DNA of 63,876 bases, counting the filler, from Octopus bimaculoides (taxonomy: Eukaryota): assembly GCF_001194135.2 (NCBI RefSeq). It is 5 parts of 5 records of this genome, joined end to end, with 100 filler letters (N's around TTAATTAATTAA, not from the genome) between each part and the next. Parts side by side here need not be neighbours in the genome. Positions count along the whole stretch, not along the records: positions 1 to 5,807 come from NC_068985.1; positions 5,908 to 28,721 come from NC_068999.1; 3 more parts are not named here. One strand, written 5' to 3'. Position 1 is the stretch's first letter. Each line of letters begins with the position of its first letter. Of this stretch, positions 1-11,713 are shown piece after piece. The notes beneath the pieces are model-generated. The model saw nothing but the letters and a program-made list of their open reading frames with translations. It searched no databases and had not been told where the DNA came from. Made by a program: the position numbers and the translations under genes.

Positions 1-950
1 TAAACAGAGACCTAGGCTCGGCGAATGGCACCGCGAGTGTCGCATTGCTCTCAAGCAACTCTGCCGTCCGAGACCAATCTTGTGCAATTTTGATTCCACA
101 AAAGCGTTCTATAGAGGATTAGTGGAGGTGCGACGACGATTTCGGGCAGAATCTGGGCGTCGACGAGGAACACCTGACCCGCCTGGTCAGGACAACTTTC
201 GGGCCGGGACCTATGGACAACCACCAGAGATCCCTGGCCTGGCAGTGCTATCGAGAAGCATTACCCGTTCGGGATAAGCTTTACAGACACGGTTCGAGAC
301 ANNNNNNNNNNNNNNNNNNNNNNNNNNNNNNNNNNNNNNNNNNNNNNNNNNNNNNNNNNNNNNNNNNNNNNNNNNNNNNNNNNNNNNNNNNNNNNNNNNN
401 NNNNNNNNNNNNNNNNNNNNNNNNNNNNNNNNNNNNNNNNNNNNNNNNNNNNNNNNNNNNNNNNNNNNNNNNNNNNNNNNNNNNNNNNNNNNNNNNNNNN
501 NNNNNNNNNNNNNNNNNNNNNNNNNNNNNNNNNNNNNNNNNNNNNNNNNNNNNNNNNNNNNNNNNNNNNNNNNNNNNNNNNNNNNNNNNNNNNNNNNNNN
601 NNNNNNNNNNNNNNNAAAGATGATGCGTGCGAGTGACGATACCTCTTTGAGCATGATCCTATAAATCGAGAAAAAAAAACGAGAGAGAGAGAGAGAGAGA
701 GCACTTTGCTCTCATGTGTCTATTCCCTGCTGAGGTTACCGTGGTCCTTTCCGTAGGCTTTTCTCTCCATGGATAAACCTAATGTTACCCCTTTTTACAC
801 AATTGACATTCTCTGTGATATACGGTACCCCCATTTTTTTTTTTTGCCCCTACCGATCCCTTTTGATCGGATTTTTTTTTTCTTAAAGAAAAGCTCTACA
901 GTTGTATTTGTCCTCTCTGTGTGCAGCTCTGTGTGGCTAATAAAAGAAAG
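1..950 (+). mobile_element. 3' end of an L1/Tx1-clade non-LTR retrotransposon (ORF2 C-terminal region, gap, 3' UTR)
   Basis: GC-rich 1-301 translates ...VDEEHLTRLVRTTFGPGPMDNHQRSLAWQCYREALPVRDKLYRHGS, resembling the LAW..ALP..DKL..G segment before the ORF2 zinc knuckle. After the gap a UTR-like tract ends in AATAAAAGAAA at ~938-949. Confidence 0.7.
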
Positions 951-952
<2 letters not shown>

Positions 953-983
<31 letters not shown>

Positions 984-1003
984 AATCTATCTATCTATCT
1001 ATA
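953..1003. repeat. (ATCT)n microsatellite
   Basis: Direct reading. Confidence 0.95.
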
Positions 1004-1270
1004 TATACATGTATCTACACATGCATATAGGCTAACTAATTTTATCGACTACAAAATGAGGAAAGGCGAAGATGACGTTACCACTATTTGTGCTCAGAAC
1101 GTACTGTATTTTGTCCGACTAGCCTTACGTTTCTGCTAGCCCACCGTCTTATTTGCTGCTATAATAATATGATATAATAAATTGATGTAATATAATTTAA
1201 TATAATGTAATAATATAATAATATATTTGATATTAGCATTTTATATTGCAAATTTAATATTTAAATTCGC

Positions 1271-1483
1271 GTGAGGCGCGAGCTAGCAGAAACGTTAGCA
1301 CGCCGGACGAAATGATCAGTGGCTTTTCGGCTATCCTTAATTTCTAAGTTCAAATCCTCCGAGGTCGACTTTGCTTTTTATCCTTTCGAAATCAATAAAT
1401 TAAATACCATTTGCGTACAGATGTCGATCTAATCGACTGGCCCCATCCCCCAAAATTTCAGGCCTAGAGTAGAAAGCAGTATT
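1271..1483 (+). mobile_element. SINE family B (GCGAGCTGGCAGAA head ... GGGGTCGAT(C/G)TAATCGAC ... GTAGAAAAG), diverged copy
   Basis: Matches other copies in the window (18007, 25255, 32073, 48524, 57754, 61645). tRNA-like B-box GTTCAAATCC. Confidence 0.85.
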
Positions 1484-4400
1484 TTAATTTGTCTAAGAAG
1501 CAACGCATTACATGGGTGTGTTCAGTCTAATTGTGTATTAGACAACGCATCAAATCTTTGTAGTCATATTTTAGTTAATTATCATTCAAGAGTACGTGAC
1601 AATACAGTTCAAAGTTTCTTACTCATTCAGAAGTCGTACAATTATATTTGTTTTCTATTTTAATAGTTGTGTGCAATAGAATGTGATAGCGTTCTCTTTA
1701 GAAGGTTAACAGCTGCTGTTAGAAATTTCTTGTAACAATCACTTATATGTATAGAGAAAAAGGGGGTCATATTGTCTATGATGTTTTGCTTAAAAAAGCA
1801 CATTAGGAGCAATGATAGTTTGGTTGTTTACCCTTACATTAATGCTATATGACGTCACGTGTTTAACGGCCACTTGATACATATTCATACTCTGTAACTT
1901 CATGATATATAAAAAGAAAGAAGTTATTTCATTCCAGACTGGTAGAAATATAGGAAAAATTGTAATTCTTCTGTGATGAAACGTTTTTCAGTCCTGTCCA
2001 TCGTTTCATAATGCAAGTGTTCGAGCCAGAAACCTATTACCTGTAGACCATAGTGCAGTGGGATTATGGTATAAATGTTTATTACCTCAAATGGTACAAT
2101 AATAAAAACCTTGTTGATAGTTTTAGGGAATTGGCTTAACAGATGCAGGTGGTCCCTTACAAGTCACGGTATGTATTTACCGACACCAAAAACGTTTAAC
2201 AATCAAAGAATGTGACAACCTAACTCATTTTTAATGCAAAAACCATCTACTTCTACGGTTTCCCCCAAACTCCCCAAGAACCATACTATTATGGATGCCA
2301 GTAACGAATCAACTTCGAGTTGTATAAACATACAACATCCCATCAACCTTAAATTTCGAAAAATTGTAGCAGATAGAAATTCTGGTAATTGCTTACTTTT
2401 TTCGTCACCTAAATTTCAAGTTTCCCCATTTTAACTTTTTTCAATGAATACCACAGATCAAACTTGAAGAAGCAAGGAAAATATAGTTATCTAAAAATAC
2501 AAACACCAACTTTGTAAACATTAAGAAAATATATTCACCAACAGCTACTCACACGAACACATTGTTCCACTTGATACGTTCAATGTTACACAGCCTCAAC
2601 TTTGGGTACAATCAAAATTTTTTCTTGCTTAACACAAATGTATGTATTTAGTGAAGAACACAATTTTATGTCAACGTAATTTACATACAAATCATATCTA
2701 TTCCGTCAGTGTGTATATTAAATATACAAAGTATCGATTCTGTTTGGCTCACAATAGTTATATACAGCGAAAAATGACAGCTTTAACTCCTGGATTACTT
2801 TCCTTGCCGAGATATTAGTACAACAAATAACTTTCCAAAATTCCAAGCCTTCCCTCTTTTCCTTTATTCACACAATACCACAATTCAGACTCAAATAAAT
2901 AAAAGAATGTATTTACACAAAAATGCAAATCACGACTGAAATAAGATGAAGGCACATGTACACTAACCACTATCTCACGAACAATAAAGGAGATCTAACA
3001 AAATTTATTGAGTACGTACAAACTATTCTTGTCCACTCTACCGCTTAACAGATTAAATTTAGAGAGCCTTGGGACTGTCACTAGAGACGTTCACTCAACT
3101 GTGTCAGCCTTAACATTCTGCGCAAAAAGATAACGCACGAGCGGAGCAGGGAACTTGCAGAAATTTATAAGACTAATCATGCCATCATCCTTTGCCAATG
3201 AAATTGTATTCTAAATAGATACTAACTTGAGCCACGTTCTCTGCATAAAATCTAGAGAAATTTCGAACTCCATTCAGAAGCAAGAGAGTTACTATATAGC
3301 TCGCATCTTTCTATCTCACTTAACCTTTGAAAATTAGAAAAATCAGTAAAACCAGTTCAGACTTTAGAAATAAACCACCTAAATGACTTTCAGTGTATTT
3401 TCACTTTCTTACACACACATACATAGACACACGCAGGCAGGCACACACACGCAGGCAGGCACACACATGCAGGAAGAAACACACACACATGTGCATATAT
3501 GTATATATATATATTTCGTGCTCGCACGAAAGAGAGAGCGAGTGCGAGAGAGTGAGAGAGAGAAGTGAAGGCATCTCAAACTTTGAAAGTAGATTTGTGA
3601 CATGACACGTGACTACCATTTCACCCGCTGAATCAAATCAACAAGATACAAACAGTGAGCTTTGTAATCTCTTCCAGATTGGAGAGCTTGCTGGTATTGA
3701 TGGTTTGCTTAAACTGGTGTAGTGGTACATCTGCGATGAAGTCAGGAGCAGAGAGAAGACACAAGAGGAAACGTGTGCAGAGGAAAGTTTGAAAATGTTG
3801 ATCAGTGCATCATTGAACACAACAAATGTGATGAGAGATGGAGAGACGAGTCAGTCGGGATGATCGGTCAGAGACAGAAGAAGTACAAGACCAGCCAACC
3901 CCGAAAAACAGAAGCTACTAAAACGATGGAAACCATACAGCAACGGGACGGCAAGCCTGGACGTAGAAACTGGAGCATGATACTTATTGATCTGTTGTCA
4001 ATCAGGCGAGTGCCCTTTCTTCGGATAAGACGCAGAACGTCGGTGTGTGACCACACAGTCCTCACTGTCTCAGATGTAGGAGGAGTGAAACAATGGGGGC
4101 CTAACTTGACTATTGCAGAAAGTCAGCAACATTTAGCAGCTGCACTAATGATAATCATGAGGTGGTAGTTACACATGAATCTGCTATTTCGTTTGAAAAG
4201 GTGTATTTTTGAGTAGCGAGCATATCTAAGTATATCAGTGATTAAAAACGATCCAACTACAGAAAACTCTTTTGTTAATTTCGAAGAGAACATATCTTAT
4301 TCTGTATCATTATAGTAAATAATCTTTCTTTTTGGTAAAAAGTTTATATTCATTCTCAAGAAATAACGTTCGTGGTAATGATAACCATATATTGATCACT

Positions 4401-5297
4401 AATTGCAATGTATTGTTATTTTAAACAAGAATACACTACAATAAAAAAAAACTACTGTAATTAGCCATTATTATAATAGCGCAACGTTGTGCCTATCGAT
4501 ACAACTCCTAATGTTTTTATAAATATATATATTATGGATAAAGACCATTGTAAAGAGAGATGAGGCAGGAGAGAGAGAAAGAGAGAGCGAGAGAAAGAGA
4601 AAGAGAGAGAGAGAGGTGGGATAAAAAGAATGAGATAGGTAAAGATATATATTCTGGAAAAAGAAGAACATAGAAGAACGTAAAATAAACGTCAAAAGAA
4701 CAAAGAGCTGCTGGCATTTCGTGTGTCCCAACGTAACACATACGCAACAAACTTTGAGTTTTACGAACCAGATTTGACCATATTTGAGTTGAAAGCCAAT
4801 TTTTAAATTGCGAGTTATTTCACGAAAACCAGAACAATTTTGAGAAGTGTTTCTCTGTCATCAGACTGAAACAGAACAATGCGTATGTAATGACAGCGTA
4901 TATGAGTGTATTATCACATTCTATATATGTGAATATGAAACCCTTCTATACACATCCCAGCGACACACCTGCAGCCAACGTTGTAGTTTAACGACACAGA
5001 CTTCATAACCAGTGCAACACCTGAATTTGACTTCCTGAAGCCTGCAATTCCATATACACAAATAAAATCACTTCCTGCCATTGTTACGTCTACATCATTG
5101 ATTTTAAACCCTCTCCGGACGTAGCAGTTGAACACTGGGGTCGATGTAATCGACTTTCCTCCACCGACATTGGTGGCCTTGTGGCAAATTTTAAAAGCAA
5201 TATCAAATCAACGTTTCGTTTGAACGATTCGAGTAGTGACCCGAATGCTGCAACATTTAAAATCTAATATACGCCACAAGGTCTCTAATTATTGGTT

Positions 5298-5342
<45 letters not shown>

Positions 5343-5851
5343 CCACACACACATATGCGTTTGTATGTGTATGCATGTATATATGTATATATGTGTATAT
5401 GATATATATATATAATGCAAGATTCAACCCACTAAGGGATAGTATCTATCCAATATACTGTTGGAAGGGTACCCAATTATTGTTACACTAGTGTTATACC
5501 AAGTGCAATAAGTGGGTGCGGGTAAAAGGGGGTTGTTTTAACCTAAATTTATATAGTAATGAGAAAATGGAGGAGAATATGCGGTATCCATCGACTTGCA
5601 GACAGTGTATTCCGTTGATTATTTTTTTATTTTACAACTAAAATGGCAAAGACAACAATATTCAGATGCTTATGACATACCATGTCATATTAACAATTAA
5701 GGTTACAAATATAAAGTACATTTAGCAATTGGAGTATATACAGAAACTTACAGCTGTTTCGGCCTAGCGTTTGCATGCCCCATTCTATCTCCATAGCTCC
5801 TGTATAANNNNNNNNNNNNNNNNNNNNNNNNNNNNNNNNNNNNNNNNNNNN

Positions 5852-5863
5852 TTAATTAATTAA
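5852..5863. other. Artificial assembly spacer TTAATTAATTAA inside 44N+44N
   Basis: Same 100-bp construct recurs at 28766-28777, 52976-52987 and 62165-62176. The 12-mer has stops in all six frames. Confidence 0.95.
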
Positions 5864-6001
5864 NNNNNNNNNNNNNNNNNNNNNNNNNNNNNNNNNNNNN
5901 NNNNNNNATATTAATTTCTAAATTGAATTTAATTGTTGATGTTTGTTTATTTATTTAACTATATATATATGTACGTATGTATGTATGTGTATGTATATTT
6001 G

Positions 6002-6040
<39 letters not shown>

Positions 6041-6109
6041 GTATGTATATATATATGTATGCATATATATATATTTATATATATATATATATACATACAT
6101 ACATAAATA

Positions 6110-6490
6110 CACACCGTGTTTCAAATTATTAACGACATAACATTTGTTTATTTTACTTAAAGACTGCTCGTTGGAATTCAACGAAATTTCCACAGAATGA
6201 TGGCAGCAGTCTTATGCGCATGGTGTGGTAAAAAAACGTGAGCTTTTGCACAAGTGCAAACAAACCGCCGCCATTTGCATGTTTTCCACGAATTTTAAGG
6301 TTTCCAAATTATTAACGAGTAGTCTGATAATCGTGTAATTAAGAGTCGTAAATGTGACTTAACTGCTTCAGAGAAATCTGTTATTATTTCTGAACCTGTA
6401 AAAGGTAAACCGACATTAGAAATCTCTAAAATAATTGGAAGATATCACCAAACTGTGAAAAAAATTGTTACAATTCCTACGAAAATATTT
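6110..6490 (+). mobile_element. 5' end of a Tc1-like DNA transposon (left IR with inner direct repeat plus start of transposase HTH)
   Basis: 6344 onward translates SRKCDLTASEKSVIISEPVKGKPTLEISKIIGRYHQTVKKIVTIP (Tc1 paired-like HTH pattern). TTTC(C)AAATTATTAACGA occurs at ~6119 and ~6301. Confidence 0.65.
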
Positions 6491-6501
6491 AAGAGAAAAT
6501 A

Positions 6502-6532
<31 letters not shown>

Positions 6533-7175
6533 TGGTAAATGAGAGACAGAAGAGGGAAGATACGAGAATTTTCATTAATTACTACAATTGTTTCGACACA
6601 TTTAATATTGATACCTCGCGGGAAGGATAGTTCACAACTGATTCAGGAGCATCCGACGGTGCAGATGTGTCTCTTCTGGTGATGAATAGATATAACACGT
6701 TAAAATAATAGTTCCGCGATGTATCTTCTCGTTTCCTATAAAGAAAAGCAGCAAATTTAAGGATATAGCTTCATTAATATCGAAGATCAATAATAAAATC
6801 GCAGATGCAAAAAAGAAACGAATACGCAATACAGCGAAAAAAAGTATTAGAAATAACCGTTAACGGATATGGATGTATAAATTTAATGTACAATATATGG
6901 ATTTATATAATGCAGTGGTAATCACAAAGAAGCTCCTTTCGTGGATCCGTCTACACAACACATTGTAAACTAATACGTAGGAATATAATGTGGTGTTCTA
7001 CGCAGTGGATATCCAGTAAATCCAATCATTGAAAATTATTTCATGAAGAGTATATAGAATAGAAAGAAAGTCAGGAGGTATGAGAGGAATATATTTATTT
7101 GACCAGTTGATATCCATAAGATGACAGACGTTTCGCAGCCAAAATCAAGCAAAAATAGTTTTGTTTTAGTGTCTA

Positions 7176-7587
7176 GGCGCAGGAGTGGCTGTGAGGTAAA
7201 TAGCTTGCTTACCAACTACATGGTTCCGGGTTCAGTCCCACTGCGTGGCACCTTAGGCAAGTGTCTTCTACTATAGCCTCGGACCGACCAAAGCTTTGTG
7301 AGTGGATTTGTTAGACCGAAACTGAAAGAAGCCCATTGTATATATGTATATATATATATGTGTGTGTGTATGTTTGTGTGTCTGTGTTTGACCCCACCCC
7401 CAACATCGCTTGACAATCCATGCTGGTGTGTTTACGTCCCTGTAAATTAGCGGTTCGGTAAAAGAGACCGATAGAGTAAGTACTAGGCTTACAAAGAATA
7501 AGTCCCGGGGTCGATTAGCTCGACTAAAAAGGCGGTGCTCCAGCATGGCCGCAGTCAAATGATTGAAACAAGTAAAAGAGTAAAGAG
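7176..7587 (+). mobile_element. SINE family A, full length (tRNA-derived head, CORE-like GGCACCTTGGGCAAGTG, internal TA/TG microsatellite, AGTAAAAGAG tail)
   Basis: GGCGCAGGAGTGGCTGTG head and GGTTCAGTCCC B-box. More than 15 homologous copies in the window. Confidence 0.9.
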
Positions 7588-7647
7588 TATGTATTTGTGC
7601 ATGTATGTATGTATGTATGTGTGTATGGATGTATGTATGCATTTATG

Positions 7648-7678
<31 letters not shown>

Positions 7679-8172
7679 ATGTTTGTACGCATGTATGTGA
7701 GTGCATGAATGCATGTAAGTATGTATCATTCGTATTGTGTATTTATGTGTGTCTGTGTGTATGCGTACATGCATGCCGTCACGATCGCTCTAAGCTGGAT
7801 GGAGCAGGAAACAAATTGAAGTGGTCATCACCATCGCAACGAGCATCGTCATTCTCTTCACCTGTCCATGTGGTGTAATGGTGAACTGTGTTTTATTAAA
7901 GTGCAAGTGTACTGAAGATATAACTGAATCATGGGGGCGGTGGGGGCGGCGGCGGCGGTGGTGGTGAATTAATGTAGAGATTTAGAGAGATTAAAGAAAA
8001 TTTAGATAGATAGAGAAAGAGAGAGAGAGAGAGAGAAACAGACGCGCGCACATACACCCACACACAAACAGAGAGACGGACGGACGGACAGGTAGGAAGG
8101 CAGAGAGACAAAGAGACAGATGGATGGAACGATAGATAGATAGATACATACATACATACGTACATACATATA

Positions 8173-8332
8173 CGACGGGATTTCTTTCAGTTTCTCTAAC
8201 AAATCCATTTACAAGGCGTTGGTCGGTCCGAGGCTATAGCAGACGAAACTTTCCCAAGGAGACGCGGTGGGACTGAACCCGGCAACATGCGATTGGGAAG
8301 CAAGCTTCTTACCACACAGCTACGCCTGCGCC
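8173..8332 (-). mobile_element. SINE family A, 5' half
   Basis: Reverse-complement match to 7176-7335. Confidence 0.85.
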
Positions 8333-9029
8333 TAACTGCTTTAAAACTATAAAATGGTATTTGAAGAAGATTTGACTGAAGTTTCTCACTGGTCGAGCGA
8401 CTGCGTAATGATGTGCATACGCGTTGGATCCAATCAGACAGATTAAGTCGTATTGTTAATTAGACTAAATTTGCATTGCCTCAACTTAAACTGCATTTAC
8501 AGCAAGGATGCCATTAACTAATCTATCGTGAATGCACTTGAAATGAAATATAAAATTGGCTCCATTAGTTACGCATTTAGTATTTTGAGAAGAAAAACAT
8601 GCCTGTCTCTCAATGAATACTTGTGATCGGATGCACGTCAGGTGTTCGGATAGCTTAAATAAGTGCATTTATAATGAATTTCGTATTGAAAATTATTTCT
8701 GACTTCTTTTTAAAACTGATTTTGGATTTAAATTTTTCTTTTTTTTCTTTTAATGTTTTCGGCGTAACACAAGTATTTGGAGCCTAATCGACCTTAAGAA
8801 ATAGATTTGGTTTCTGATTTAAAAAGAAAAAAAAAATGAAAGACTCGACATGGGGTTTATAAATGCAAAAGAATTGCGATATGTATTATAAATAACAAGA
8901 AACTCTTCCAAATAAGAATGGCTGTTAACAAAGGAATAGTAGAACGAAAACGATAAGAAAAACCAAAATTGCACGTCACATCAATCACGCACACACACGC
9001 ATAGATACATAACACATATACACGTGTTT

Positions 9030-9074
<45 letters not shown>

Positions 9075-9272
9075 TTTGTGTGTGTGTGTGTAGTATATGT
9101 ATATAGGTTTTTCGGGGAATTTTTTGTTTCAATATAAATTTCACATTAGTGAATGTCAGATGCTTTTAGAATTTCTTGTGTTGTTTTTTTTTTGTATTTT
9201 TATTGTGTATCTTGTTTCTGTTATTTTTTTCTTACATTTTTGTTGTTGTTGTTGCCTTATTTATCTTTTTTG

Positions 9273-9306
<34 letters not shown>

Positions 9307-9790
9307 GTAAATGTATAGTTTTTCATCAAAACCCGTTTCGTTTGGAAATATTACAACAACTGCAACAACAACAACAACAACAACAACCAGATTTACCTAC
9401 ATTAACGTCACAAATATTTTATCTACGTCAGGCATTCCCAATATTGCTTTATCAATCTTATCTATGAAGTGTGTGTATGTGTGGGCGTGGGTGTGTACAT
9501 GTATATGTATGTGCGTGTGCGTGTGTATATGGGTTTGTGAGTGTGCATATATGCGTGTACTGTCATAGTACATGCTAATACGTTAATAATAATACACACA
9601 CACATATTTATATACATAATATATATATATGTGCGTTTATACATATATATATATATATATGTATGTATGTATGTATATATACATGATAAATAATTCATAC
9701 ATGTACATATATATAAATACAGATATATAAACAAGTATATATATATATATANNNNNNNNNNNNNNNNNNNNNNNNNNNNNNNNNNNNNNN

Positions 9791-10016
9791 AGCTACTTAC
9801 CACACGGCCACTCCTGAGCCTATATATATATATATATATACATACATATACATATACGACAGGCTTCTTTCAGTTTCCGTCTACCAAATCCACTCACAAG
9901 GCTTTGGTCGGCCCGAGGCTATAGAAGACACTTGCCCAAGGTGCCACGCAGTGGGAATGAACCCGGAACTATGTGGTTGGTAAGCAAGCTACTTACCACA
10001 CGGCCACTCCTGAGCC
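9791..10016 (-). mobile_element. SINE family A, 5' half, tandemly duplicated
   Basis: Two head copies (9791-9820 and 9857-10016) with identical private variants. Confidence 0.85.
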
Positions 10017-10261
10017 TATATATATATATATATATACATACATACACATACACATTCACATTCGCACACATATATAAACATGAGCATGTTCCAAGCCATC
10101 ACTGGAACAGTAAAAATCTGTAAAACTTTCCAGAAGTTTATCATTTAACTATATATGAGCATGACTAGACATGTAACTATATGCATGAGAATACATACAT
10201 AAAGCAAAGTATACAAATCTGCACGTATACATGTATGCATACATGCACATATACAAAAATA

Positions 10262-10625
10262 CCCTGTTGTTATTGTTAAAATTCCAAGGAACCTTGGATC
10301 TAGGTCAGAAACCGGTTCCTTCTCTATTGGCAAGAAATCTTGAAATACAAACTGAATAATGACATATATATTCAGCGGAAAATTCAGGATGTGTAAGCAG
10401 GAGAGAGTGAGATAGGAATAGAGGATGAGAAAGAGGGATAGAAAGAGAAAGAAAGAGAGTAAGACGAGGAGGGAGAGCCGTACCAGTAAACTGCTGGTGC
10501 TCATTTCAGTGAGTAGATAGACTTGAGCAACAATGAATAAAGCGTCTTACTCAAGGTCAGAACGCACCGCCAGGCCCAGGAATCGAACGCACAAACTTGT
10601 GATCATGAGTTCCGTGTCCTAACCT
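10262..10625 (-). mobile_element. SINE family D-like (tRNA/CORE-type), diverged
   Basis: CAAGGTCAGAACGCACCGCCAGGCCCAGGAATCGAAC...CCTAACC is the reverse complement of a tRNA-like head. Related to 45955-46128 and 62448-62758. Confidence 0.6.
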
Positions 10626-10931
10626 ATGTAAACAGAAGGTTTATAGACCTTCTGTTTATATATGCATAGACCGTGAGGAATAACATACCCAAAATTGAGG
10701 CTCATACAAACATACTTGTTTCTAAATACTCATTGTAAATATTACATTACTCTGTCAATCTGTGTTCTAGCAGTTAGGTTATTTAACTATAGCTACACAA
10801 ATCACACATACAAATTCTCCCTCACTCTGCAGCTCGGTACATTTATATATCTATACCTATATGTCTATGTATTTCTCTCTCTCTCTGTCTCTCTCTGTCT
10901 CTGTTTCTCTTTCTCTCTGTCTTTTTCTCTG

Positions 10932-11011
<80 letters not shown>

Positions 11012-11460
11012 TACGTACATGCATGCATTAAATTCATACATAGTTACATACTTACATACGCACATACACATACGCANNNNNNNNNNNNNNNNNNNNNNNN
11101 NNNNNNNNNNNNNNNNNNNNNNNNNNNNNNNNNNNNNNNNNNNNNNNNNNNNNNNNNNNNNNNNNNNNNNNNNNNNNNNNNNNNNNNNNNNNNNNNNNNN
11201 NNNNNNNNNNNNNNNNNNNNNNNNNNNNNNNNNNNNNNNNNNNNNNNNNNNNNNNNNNNNNNNNNNNNNNNNNNNNNNNNNNNNNNNNNNNNNNNNNNNN
11301 NNNNNNNNNNNNNNNNNNNNNNNNNNNNNNNNNNNNNNNNNNNNNNNNNNNNNNNNNNNNNNNNNCACACACACACACACACACAAATACAGACAGACAT
11401 AAAGTGACAGAAAGAGAGAGAGACACATACACACACAGACAGACAGAGAAATATAAAGTG

Positions 11461-11511
<51 letters not shown>

Positions 11512-11575
11512 CGCAAACACATAGTCACCTACATATTCACATTGGTAGTTGCACATATATACATATTCACATATG

Positions 11576-11616
<41 letters not shown>

Positions 11617-11681
11617 CTGTGAATACTCATGTATGTATGTATATATACATACACATACATATATATGCATATATACATACA

Positions 11682-11713
<32 letters not shown>

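Noticed and set aside
4850-4870. Minus-strand CTGATGA-CAGA-GAAAC
   Set aside because: Only 4 nt between the core halves, so no stem II is possible and no stem I is visible. Likely chance.
7790-7930. Hydrophobic, transmembrane-looking peptides on both strands (EVVITIATSIVILFTC; MTMLVAMVMTTSICFLL)
   Set aside because: Short, bounded by stops, with weak splice signals. Explained by a decayed CAT/CAC-type repeat.
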